A stretch of DNA of 64,000 nt, from positions 188-64,187 of the forward strand of contig DATKVR010000036.1 of assembly GCA_035529955.1 (NCBI GenBank), read 5' to 3'. The DNA is from Gallionella sp. (GTDB lineage: Bacteria; Pseudomonadota; Gammaproteobacteria; Burkholderiales; Gallionellaceae). The notes under the pieces were generated by a model, which did no database searches, was not told the DNA's origin, and was given only the letters and a program-made list of their open reading frames with translations. Positions within the stretch are counted from its first letter, which is position 1. Each line of letters starts with the position of its first letter. Positions 10,263 to 18,708 of the stretch are shown one piece after another. The position numbers and the translations under genes were made by a program.

Positions 10263-10883
10263 TTATCCAAGCGGTTTGTGCGCATAGGTGAACCAGAATA
10301 TCACAACAGCCAACACCATCAGCATCCCCACCCAGGGATAGGCATGCCGAATACCTTCCCCCGTCCGTGCGGATTTGTATCCGGTAACCATCGAACGCAC
10401 CAGGTTTTCGCGATGCAGGATGCTGCTCAGCAACACGCCGGCCAAGTGCAGGAAAATCACACCCAGCATGAATTTTGTCGCCAGCCCGTGCAGATAAATA
10501 ACCTGGTCACTCGCATTATCCTGCAGCGACATCGCCCCGGTCACGCAAATAAACAATCCCAGCCCCATCAGCAGCCACACTGACAAACTTCCGACCGGAT
10601 TGTGACCCAGATAATGACCCGGCTTGCCTTTGAACATCGAACGCATATAGGCCACGGTTTCACGCGGGTTGAACAGGAATGAACTGAACCGCGCATAGCC
10701 GGTGCCGACAAAACCCCACAACAACCTGAACACCAGCAAACCCAGCAGGATATAGCCGAACGTATCATGATAATCGCGAAAACGCTCCGAAAATGCCAGC
10801 AGGTACGCGCCGCCGAAAGCCAGCGCCTGCAGCCAGTGAAAAACCCGCGTGGGTACGTCCCAGACCAGGATACGTTGAGTCAT
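10263..10883 (-). CDS. Cytochrome b (Ni/Fe-hydrogenase b-type / SHP-associated family)
   Basis: VWDVPTRVFHW, GHNPVG and HRENLVRSMVTG motifs with His ligands. Confidence 0.92.
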   Translation of the reverse strand: MTQRILVWDVPTRVFHWLQALAFGGAYLLAFSERFRDYHDTFGYILLGLLVFRLLWGFVGTGYARFSSFLFNPRETVAYMRSMFKGKPGHYLGHNPVGSLSVWLLMGLGLFICVTGAMSLQDNASDQVIYLHGLATKFMLGVIFLHLAGVLLSSILHRENLVRSMVTGYKSARTGEGIRHAYPWVGMLMVLAVVIFWFTYAHKPLG

Positions 10884-10895
10884 GGTGTGTGCTTT

Positions 10896-11408
10896 CTAAC
10901 GGGGAAATTTGACATGCCGTTCGCTGAAATCTCCCTTATCAGCGGTGGTATGGCATGCTTCGCAATCTGCGCGGCTCTTGACCTTGGGGTTTTTCCAGTG
11001 GCGCGCGGCGATTTCCCGGTGCTCCGACCTCCACCAGCGGGTTTCGGTGATGCGCAACACCGGTTTGCCCGCATGATGCCTTCTGGTGCTGGCATTCTTT
11101 TCCAGATAAGCCGTTATTTCCCTCGCGGTTGCGGGATCGAGACTGGCGTTGCTGCCGAAATGTTTGTCCAGCCCGGCCATGATCGCGCGCCATGAGTCGG
11201 CGGGAAGGTAGCGTGCCGGATAGGCCACGTGGCAGGCGCTGCATTCCGAGGCCCATTTTGCATCAACGATCGCCGGCCGGTGCCCGGTGTCTTCGTCATC
11301 GTCATCGTCAGCACGGGCATTTGAAACGTGGGCAACATACATCATTGCCACCATCACCATCACGCCCATGGCGAGCGCACGGGAAAACTTTCTTGTATTG
11401 ATCATCAT
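10896..11408 (-). CDS. Diheme cytochrome c (DHC family)
   Basis: ECSACHVAYPARYLPADSW, HFG, LRITETRWW and CEACH. Confidence 0.92.
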   Translation of the reverse strand: MMINTRKFSRALAMGVMVMVAMMYVAHVSNARADDDDDEDTGHRPAIVDAKWASECSACHVAYPARYLPADSWRAIMAGLDKHFGSNASLDPATAREITAYLEKNASTRRHHAGKPVLRITETRWWRSEHREIAARHWKNPKVKSRADCEACHTTADKGDFSERHVKFPR

Positions 11409-11414
11409 GAGTCC

Positions 11415-11831
11415 CTATTTCGTTACGGTAAGCAGGTAGGTGAGCAGGTCGCCCTTTTCCTGCGCGGTGCATTCCCGGTCGAGCACATCGTTGCAATTGC
11501 GCCGGAACCATTTGTTTACTTTTTTCATGTCGGTGAACCGCTCCGGATTGGCAGCCGGAGCAAACGGCTTGATGAGCTTGCCGGTCTCGGCATGTTTGCC
11601 CTCTGCCGCGGGATTGTCGGTATGGCAGGAAGAACAACTCAGATCATGTTTTTCCTTGTTGCGGTAGAAACTCTTTCCGCGCGCGGCCGAGAATCCCTGA
11701 AAGCCCGGCGTGGACGATGCCTCTATTTTTAGAGCCGCCAGTATGTCGCCTGGGGTTTCCGCGTAAGCCGTGTTTACGGCCAGGCTGCAGAATCCGATTG
11801 CCAGGCCAAATGAAAAAATTGTGCGCAACAT
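11415..11831 (-). CDS. shp: Sphaeroides heme protein (SHP / DUF1924) monoheme cytochrome c
   Basis: Signal peptide; CSSCH, PAANPERFTD and KWFRRNCNDVLDREC (Asn ligand plus disulfide pair); RBS GGGAG. Confidence 0.9.
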   Translation of the reverse strand: MLRTIFSFGLAIGFCSLAVNTAYAETPGDILAALKIEASSTPGFQGFSAARGKSFYRNKEKHDLSCSSCHTDNPAAEGKHAETGKLIKPFAPAANPERFTDMKKVNKWFRRNCNDVLDRECTAQEKGDLLTYLLTVTK

Positions 11832-12053
11832 CCATAACTCCCTTCTGTAAGTGGGGCTTCCTTGATAGCCGCAAATACCCAAAGTTCAATTTTAAAAAAA
11901 ACATATCGCGCACACCAATACGTAATTTTGTGCTAGTTTTGGTCGGAAATGCCCGCCTGAGTGATGTACCCATACCGGTACCGCCCAATAGTCATCCCCA
12001 CTGTAGCCGCAAAGACGGGTTGAGCATCGCGCTGCCAATGGTAGAATCCGCCC

Positions 12054-13073
12054 ATGCTCAACGAACGCGCCCAAATCCTGCTCAAAACCCTGGTGGCACG
12101 CTACATCAGCGACGGCCAACCGGTCGGTTCGCGCGCACTGCTCCAGCATTCCGGGCTGGAGGTCAGCTCGGCAACCATCCGCAACGTGATGTCCGAACTG
12201 GAAGACATCGGTCTGGTCAGCAGCCCGCACACTTCGGCGGGCCGTATCCCGACTGCTTTGGCCTATCGCTTGTTTATCGACACCATGTTGACCACCAAAC
12301 CCCTGGACAGCGAGCACGTGCGCCAGATGGAATACAAATTGCAGCCTGACAACCCGTCGCGGCTGATCGCGCAAGCCTCGAACATACTCTCCGAACTGAC
12401 GCACTTCGCGGGCGTGGTCGCCACGGTGAAACGCAGCGCGATCACGGTGCGCCAGATCGAATTTCTGCGCCTGGGTGAAAAACGGGTGCTGCTGATCATC
12501 GTGATGCCGGACGGCGAGGTCGAGAACCGCGTGCTGTCGCTGGAACGCGATTACACCCAATCGCAACTCACCGAGGCGGGCAATTTCCTCAACCAGAACT
12601 ATATCGGTTGCAGCTTTTCGCAGATCCGCGACCGGCTGCGCGGCGAATTGCAGCAACTGCACCAGGACATGAGCGCGCTGATGGCCGCGGCACTGGCCGT
12701 GGGCGATGCGGCAGAGGCAAAACAGGCCGGGGACTATGTCATCAGCGGCGAACACAATCTGCTGGATGTCGAGGACCTGTCCGCAGACATGAACCGCCTG
12801 CGCGGACTGTTCAGCCTGTTCGAGAAAAAAACCGAGCTGCTGCAACTGCTCGAAGCGGGCCGCCACGGACAGGGTATCCATATTTTTGTCGGCAGCGAAT
12901 CCGGGCTGGCCTCGCTGGACGAGTGCAGCGTGATCACCGCCCCGTACTCCGCGGATGGACGGGTCGTCGGCACGCTCGCCGTGGTCGGCCCGAAACGCAT
13001 GGACTATGAGCGCGTCATTCCGATCGTGGACATCACCGCGCGCCTGCTCGGCAACGCGCTTTCCCAGCATTAG
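12054..13073 (+). CDS. hrcA: Heat-inducible transcription repressor HrcA
   Basis: PVGSR, SSATIRN, PHTSAGRIPT and GPKRMDY motifs. Confidence 0.97.
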   Translation: MLNERAQILLKTLVARYISDGQPVGSRALLQHSGLEVSSATIRNVMSELEDIGLVSSPHTSAGRIPTALAYRLFIDTMLTTKPLDSEHVRQMEYKLQPDNPSRLIAQASNILSELTHFAGVVATVKRSAITVRQIEFLRLGEKRVLLIIVMPDGEVENRVLSLERDYTQSQLTEAGNFLNQNYIGCSFSQIRDRLRGELQQLHQDMSALMAAALAVGDAAEAKQAGDYVISGEHNLLDVEDLSADMNRLRGLFSLFEKKTELLQLLEAGRHGQGIHIFVGSESGLASLDECSVITAPYSADGRVVGTLAVVGPKRMDYERVIPIVDITARLLGNALSQH

Positions 13074-13100
13074 ACCCGGCAACTTCAAGGAAGCGTATCA

Positions 13101-14189
13101 ATGAGCTACCAGACTGAACCTTCATTTGCGCACGGCACACCGGCCAAGACCGGCATCCTGCTGGTCAACCTCGGCACGCCCGATGCGCCGACAGCCAGTG
13201 CGGTTCGTCCCTACCTGAAAGAATTCCTCAGCGATCCGCGCGTGGTGGAAATACCCAGGGCGATATGGTGGCTGATCCTCAATGGCATCATCCTCAACAT
13301 CCGCCCGAAAAAATCCGCCGCGAAGTATGCATTGATCTGGATGCCGGAAGGATCCCCGTTGCGCGTCCACACCGCAAAGCAGACTGCGCTGTTGCAAGGC
13401 TACCTGAGCCAGCGCACCAGAGCGCCGTTCGTGGTGGATTACGCGATGAGTTACGGCAAACCGTCCATTGCCGGTGCGATGCAGAAACTCAGGGAACAGA
13501 ATTGCCGGCGCATCCTGGTCGTGCCGATGTATCCGCAATACGCGGCCAGTTCCACCGCCACCGTGTTTGATCTGGTCTTCGGCGCGATGCAGAAAATGCG
13601 CAGCATGCCGGCAATACGAACGATCCGGAGTTTTCACGACCACCCCGGCTACATCAAGGCATTGGCCGGCAACATCAATGACTACTGGATGAAAAACGGC
13701 CGCCCGGAAAAACTGGTAATGAGCTTCCACGGCGTACCCCAATACACCCTGGACAAAGGCGACTTTTACCACTGCGAATGCCACAAGACCGGACGCCTGC
13801 TGGCACAGGAACTTGGCCTCAAGCAAGAACAATACACGGTCAGCTTCCAGTCGCGCTTTGGCAAGGCGGAATGGATCAAGCCCTATACCACCGCCACACT
13901 GGTCGAACTCGGCAAGCAAAAAACCAAACGCGTGGACGTGGTCTGCCCCGGCTTCGTCGCCGATTGCCTGGAAACGCTGGAGGAAATCGCGATGGAAGGC
14001 AAGAATGATTTCCGGCGCGCCGGCGGCGGCGAATACCACTACATCCCCTGCCTGAACGAACGCAACGACTGGATGCACGCGCTGACCGATCTGGTGATGG
14101 ACAACCTGCACGGCTGGCTGATCGAGCCGGATGCGGCGGAGCTGGAACAAGGCAGGTTGCGCGCGCTGGCGATGGGCGCGAAGAAGTAA
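13101..14189 (+). CDS. hemH: Ferrochelatase
   Basis: LVNLGTP, SFHGVP, FQSRFG and DCLETLEEI motifs. Confidence 0.97.
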   Translation: MSYQTEPSFAHGTPAKTGILLVNLGTPDAPTASAVRPYLKEFLSDPRVVEIPRAIWWLILNGIILNIRPKKSAAKYALIWMPEGSPLRVHTAKQTALLQGYLSQRTRAPFVVDYAMSYGKPSIAGAMQKLREQNCRRILVVPMYPQYAASSTATVFDLVFGAMQKMRSMPAIRTIRSFHDHPGYIKALAGNINDYWMKNGRPEKLVMSFHGVPQYTLDKGDFYHCECHKTGRLLAQELGLKQEQYTVSFQSRFGKAEWIKPYTTATLVELGKQKTKRVDVVCPGFVADCLETLEEIAMEGKNDFRRAGGGEYHYIPCLNERNDWMHALTDLVMDNLHGWLIEPDAAELEQGRLRALAMGAKK

Positions 14190-14249
14190 GTTGGATCGAT
14201 TGCAACGCGCAACCCGACACCAAAACCGCCTGGGGCAGCCCGGCAGCTA

Positions 14250-14307
14250 TAACCAATGACTTACCCGGCGTCGCTTGCCGGGTTAGTCAGATGGCTAGTA
14301 GTTTCAT
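14250..14307 (+). repeat. Type I hairpin mini-element, copy 1
   Basis: TAACCAATGACTTACCCGGC-GTCGCTT-GCCGGGTTAGTCAGATGGCTAGTAGTTTCAT, followed by CAGT. Confidence 0.85.
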
Positions 14308-14333
14308 CAGTCACTTTTCCTGTCCTGCCAAGA

Positions 14334-14378
14334 CAACGTAGTTGCGGCGTAGACTAACCTTCAGGTTATGTCGGAGCC
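14334..14378 (+). repeat. Type II hairpin mini-element, copy a
   Basis: CAACGTAGTTGCGGCGTAGACTAACCT-TC-AGGTTATGTCGGAGCC; interrupts the host repeat between GCCAAGA and AAAAATAACC. Confidence 0.8.
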
Positions 14379-14551
14379 AAAAATAACCAAAAGAAAAGTC
14401 GCGGGGTGTGGCCCCGCACGCCAGTTACCTTTCTTGTCTTGCCAAGAAAGGTAACCCAAAGAAATCGCTCCCGGGTTTGCCGCCGCTTCGCGGTTCCCTG
14501 GGTTGCTCGACCGGCCAGGCGGTTGCGGAACTCGCGCTACGCGCTCAAACA

Positions 14552-14609
14552 TAACCAGCGACTTGGCTGGCGTTGTTTGCCAGCTTAGTCGAATGGCTAG
14601 TTGTTTCAC
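14552..14609 (+). repeat. Type I hairpin mini-element, copy 2
   Basis: TAACCAGCGACTTGGCTGGC-GTTGTTT-GCCAGCTTAGTCGAATGGCTAGTTGTTTCAC, followed by CAGT. Confidence 0.9.
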
Positions 14610-15128
14610 CAGTCCTCGCCGACTACCCCCGACCAGCCTCCGCCACTCGGCGGCGCTCAGGGGATAGAAAGCAGAAACTAAAACCGAAAAACAGGTGGGC
14701 AACCTGTTGCCCACCAAACAAAACGACCGCGCGGGCAGAATCCAAAGCGCCAAGTGCAGCTTTCCGGTAGGCTATTACAAGCCTCGACAGGCAGCTGCAT
14801 GCCATACGCCGGACGTTCGCAGATAGCAACATTTCCGTCATCAGATTTTAGTATCATCTCAATAATTTTTTATTCAACGACAGAATGTAACGTGCTGCGA
14901 CAAGCTGAACACCTCAGAACGCTTGCAGTACAGCTTCCCCATTATGGTTCGGAGAAGATCATCGCAACCTGCTATTCATATTCCGTGCATGCGGTTGATC
15001 ATTTGATGCTCACTCTGGACTATCGGTACGTCATTAATCCTGCATATAACCGGGACCGGGGGCCGGTCTCGATTTTTGGAGTTTGTGGGCATGCGGAGTT
15101 TTAGCAACATATTTGTGAGTGTGATCAG

Positions 15129-17894
15129 ATGCAAATCAATTTTCTGAAAGAATATTTCATCGGATTCGTGCGTACGCGCGGCTTGAGCCGACATTTCCGC
15201 CGCTTTGCGTTCCTTGATCTGGTCAAGGTACCGAGGAACACTGGGGATATTCCCTCTTCACTGGTACAAAAACTGGTTGCTGCAGCCAATAACGATCCCG
15301 ATGAACTGCTGAAGGAATTGGACAGCCATACAGACGGCTTAACCGAAACCGAGGCGGAATTTATCCGTGATCGCATCGGGCTGAATGAAATTGCTCAGGA
15401 GAAGCCGCCCCGCTGGTGGACGCATCTCTGGTATTGCTACAAGAATCCGTTCAACCTGCTGCTCAGCCTGCTGGCCGTCATTTCCTATTACACCGATGAT
15501 CATATCGGAAGCCTCGTCATTTCGACGATGGTTGTAATCTCGACCATGCTGCGCTTTATTCAGGAAGCCCGCTCCAACAAAGCCGCCGACAAGCTTAGCG
15601 AAATGGTCAGCAACACCGCCACGGTCATACGGCGTGACCCCTCTGAAAATGCCGCGCCCGATGCAATCAAGTATTTCGGTGTGAGGATACATACGAAAGA
15701 CGCCAAACGCGTGGAGTTGCCGATCAAGCTGCTGGTGCCCGGCGACTTGATACAGCTCTCGGCCGGCGACATGATCCCCGCCGACGTGCGCATACTGTCT
15801 TCCAAGGACTTGTTCATCAGCCAGTCTGCCATGACGGGAGAATCGATGCCGGTGGAAAAATTTTCCCTCAACCGGCATGGCTCGACCAGCAATCCGATCG
15901 AGTTTGATAACATCGGCTTCATGGGCACCAACGTGGTCAGTGGCACCGGCCGCGCCATTGTTGTCACGACCGGGAATCGCACCTATTTCGGTACGCTGGC
16001 AGCACGGGTCACGGCAACCAATCGCGCACCAACCGCATTCCAGGCCGGGGTCAACAAGGTGAGCTGGCTGATGATGCGTTTCATGATGGTGATGACACCG
16101 GTCGTGTTTCTCATCAATGGCTTCACCAAGGGCGACTGGCTGGAAGCCTTTCTCTTTGCTGTGTCCGTCGCAATAGGTCTGACCCCGGAAATGCTGCCGA
16201 TGATCGTGACCACCACGCTGGCCAAGGGCGCGGTGTCTCTGTCGCGCAAGAAGGTCATCGTAAAGCGCTTGGACGCCATCCAGAACTTCGGTGCGATGGA
16301 TGTGCTGTGCACCGACAAGACAGGCACGCTGACCCAGGACAAGATTTTTCTGGAACGCCACACCGACGTGTTCGGCGAAGAATCCGAGCAGGTGCTGGAA
16401 TATGCCTACCTGAACAGCTATTACCAGACCGGGCTGAAGAATCTGCTGGACGTTGCCGTGCTGGAGCATGCCGATGTGCATTCCGAACTCAACCCTGCTG
16501 CCAACTTTCGCAAAGTGGATGAGGTTCCGTTCGATTTCCAGCGTCGCCGCATGTCGGTTGTGGTTGCCGAAAAGGATACCCATCACTTGCTGGTCTGCAA
16601 AGGCGCAGTGGAAGAAATTCTGTCGGTCTGCACCCGCGTCCAGCATGGCGAGGCAGTACAGTCTCTTACCCCTGAACTGCTTGCGAGAATGCAGAATGTG
16701 ACCGCTTCACTCAACGAGGAAGGGTTGCGGGTGGTCGCGGTGGCGGCGAAAGAAATGACGCCGGATAAGGAAATATATAGCGTAGCCGACGAATCAGGAC
16801 TGAGCCTGATCGGCTACATCGCCTTTCTCGATCCGCCCAAGGAAACCACCGAACCCGCGCTCAATGCGCTGCGGGAACACGGCATAGCCGTCAAGGTATT
16901 GACGGGCGACAACGAACTGGTCACAACAAAAATTTGTAACCAGGTTGGTTTGAAGATAACGGGGTTGGTACGCGGTGCGGACATTGAATCAATGGATGAG
17001 GGGCAACTGGCTCAGGCGGTCGAAACATCGAATGTATTTGCCAAGCTGACTCCGATGCACAAGGAACGTATCGTGCGTGCCCTGCGCAACAATGGACACA
17101 TTGTTGGCTTCATGGGTGACGGCATTAACGATGCCCCCGCGCTGCGTGCCGCGGACATCGGTATTTCGGTGGATACCGCAGTGGATATCGCCAAAGAGGC
17201 CGCCGACATCATCCTGCTGGAAAAGAGCCTGATGGTACTGGAAGAAGGCGTGCTGGAGGGCCGCAAAACCTTTGCCAACATGCTCAAGTACATCAAGATG
17301 GCAGCCAGCTCCAACTTCGGCAACGTGTTCTCGGTGCTGGTGGCAAGCGCCTTTCTGCCCTTCCTGCCGATGCTGCCGCTGCAGCTGCTGACGCAAAACC
17401 TGCTATATGACATATCGCAGATCGCCATTCCATGGGACAACGTGGATGCGGAGCAGATGAAATTGCCGCAACGTTGGAAGCCCGAAGACCTTGGACGCTT
17501 CATGGTTTATTTCGGCCCCATCAGTTCGATCTTTGACATCACGACCTTTTGCCTGATGTGGTTCGTATTCAAGGCCAATTCTCCCGAACACCAGTCGCTT
17601 TTCCAGTCTGGCTGGTTTATCGAAGGGCTGTTGTCGCAGACCCTGATCGTGCACATGATCCGCACCCAGAAGATTGCCTTCATTCAAAGCCGCGCGTCGA
17701 TCGCATTACTGCTGATGACTTCGCTTGTGATGGCGGCGGGCATCTTCCTGCCAATGTACGGGTTAGCTTATTACTTCAAGCTTGAGGCGTTGCCATTGAT
17801 GTTCTTCCCCTGGCTACTCGTCATCCTGCTCAGTTATATGGCGTTAACCCAGGCCATGAAGGGATATTATATAAAACGGTATGGCTGGCAGTAG
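15129..17894 (+). CDS. mgtA: Magnesium-translocating P-type ATPase (MgtA/MgtB)
   Basis: TGES, TPEMLP, DKTGTLT, PFDFQRRRMSV, GDGINDAP and SSNFGNVFS motifs. Confidence 0.95.
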   Translation: MQINFLKEYFIGFVRTRGLSRHFRRFAFLDLVKVPRNTGDIPSSLVQKLVAAANNDPDELLKELDSHTDGLTETEAEFIRDRIGLNEIAQEKPPRWWTHLWYCYKNPFNLLLSLLAVISYYTDDHIGSLVISTMVVISTMLRFIQEARSNKAADKLSEMVSNTATVIRRDPSENAAPDAIKYFGVRIHTKDAKRVELPIKLLVPGDLIQLSAGDMIPADVRILSSKDLFISQSAMTGESMPVEKFSLNRHGSTSNPIEFDNIGFMGTNVVSGTGRAIVVTTGNRTYFGTLAARVTATNRAPTAFQAGVNKVSWLMMRFMMVMTPVVFLINGFTKGDWLEAFLFAVSVAIGLTPEMLPMIVTTTLAKGAVSLSRKKVIVKRLDAIQNFGAMDVLCTDKTGTLTQDKIFLERHTDVFGEESEQVLEYAYLNSYYQTGLKNLLDVAVLEHADVHSELNPAANFRKVDEVPFDFQRRRMSVVVAEKDTHHLLVCKGAVEEILSVCTRVQHGEAVQSLTPELLARMQNVTASLNEEGLRVVAVAAKEMTPDKEIYSVADESGLSLIGYIAFLDPPKETTEPALNALREHGIAVKVLTGDNELVTTKICNQVGLKITGLVRGADIESMDEGQLAQAVETSNVFAKLTPMHKERIVRALRNNGHIVGFMGDGINDAPALRAADIGISVDTAVDIAKEAADIILLEKSLMVLEEGVLEGRKTFANMLKYIKMAASSNFGNVFSVLVASAFLPFLPMLPLQLLTQNLLYDISQIAIPWDNVDAEQMKLPQRWKPEDLGRFMVYFGPISSIFDITTFCLMWFVFKANSPEHQSLFQSGWFIEGLLSQTLIVHMIRTQKIAFIQSRASIALLLMTSLVMAAGIFLPMYGLAYYFKLEALPLMFFPWLLVILLSYMALTQAMKGYYIKRYGWQ

Positions 17895-18267
17895 TAGACA
17901 TGGCGGTACTCTGATTTTGAACGGCAGGATAATTGGATCTGTGAATACTCGGCAGGCAGGTGAGGTGAATATTGCACGGGAAGATGAAGCAGTATCGTGC
18001 CTGTCATAGAATCATCCAATATTTTGCACATGTATCCTTCAAAATTCTTTATGTTCGCCAAGTCTGATATTTCTTGCGTAATCGATGGGGATTTCTTGTT
18101 TGCTTATGGCACCTTAGCCATAGCGCTAGGTTATGTCGTTGTCTTCCCTTGGATTGAATTCATAGTTGCATGCGTAGCTTCATTTGGGAAACGAGTTCCT
18201 TACGGAAGTATAGTGCCCCCCGATTGCGCAACTCGCACGATCCGCTGCGCGGCCACGTGCTCAAACG

Positions 18268-18325
18268 TAACCAGCGACTTGGCTGGCGTCGTTTGCCAGC
18301 TTAGTCGAATGGCTAGTTGTTTCAT
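18268..18325 (+). repeat. Type I hairpin mini-element, copy 3
   Basis: Differs from copy 2 at two positions; preceded by GCTCAAACG and followed by CAGT. Confidence 0.9.
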
Positions 18326-18404
18326 CAGTGCTCGCCCAAGCCCACCGCTTGTTTGCATCTGATCGAGGGTACCCCGCAGGGGCGGCAAACAGGGGTCGCC
18401 TTTT

Positions 18405-18454
18405 AGTTCCGGCATAACATGCTGCGCATGTGAGCCTACACTGCAACTTCGTTG
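18405..18454 (-). repeat. Type II hairpin mini-element, copy b
   Basis: Reverse complement CAACGAAGTTGCAGTGTAGGCTCACATG-CGCAG-CATGTTATGCCGGAACT, between CCAAAGA and AAAAGG. Confidence 0.75.
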
Positions 18455-18708
18455 TCTTTGGCTGCTTTATTTTGGCGAAGCAAAAGAATGCAGCTTGCTG
18501 CCGGGCAACCCCCGGCGGTTTTGATTTTGGGTTAAGCGAAAAACCGTTAACCCAGCCTGCAACTGCACTCACCCTTTGAAAGAGCCACCCGCAAGGGGTA
18601 CGCCGTGGTTGTAGCCCCCAACAACACACGCAGCACCCGCTCCTGCAAGTTTCAACTGCTTTTATCGAGTTACAATTGGCGGAATCCACCGCATCCCAGT
18701 AATTAAAA

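Larger units (their letters stand above)
14190..14715. repeat. Composite intergenic repeat cluster (tandem palindromic host repeats, REP-like hairpins, three nested mini-elements)
   Basis: 14233-14402 and 14403-14468 align once two inserts are removed; hairpins include GTTACCTTTCTTG-TCTTGC-CAAGAAAGGTAAC and GGTGGGCAA-CCTG-TTGCCCACC; homologous to 18215-18560. Confidence 0.85.
18215..18560. repeat. Second composite repeat cluster (host-repeat modules in both orientations, two nested mini-elements)
   Basis: Reverse complement CAAAACCGCCGGGGGTTGCCCGGCAGC matches CAAAACCGCCTGGGGCAGCCCGGCAGC at 14221; TTGCGCAACTCGC...GCTCAAAC matches 14523-14550. Confidence 0.85.

Noticed and set aside
17900-18200. 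AT-rich stretch after mgtA as a gene or pseudogene
   Set aside because: Minus frames are interrupted by stops and no recognisable domain is visible in any frame, so no product can be assigned
14250-18325. Type I repeats as a CRISPR array or integron attC sites
   Set aside because: Spacing is irregular, there are no unique spacers or cas genes, no clear RYYYAAC/GTTRRRY ends bracket gene cassettes, and no integrase is present
14361-18415. ORFs 14361-14753 and 18200-18415 sharing KQLAIRLSWQTTPAKSLV
   Set aside because: The shared peptide is just the reverse translation of the type I repeat, not a protein family
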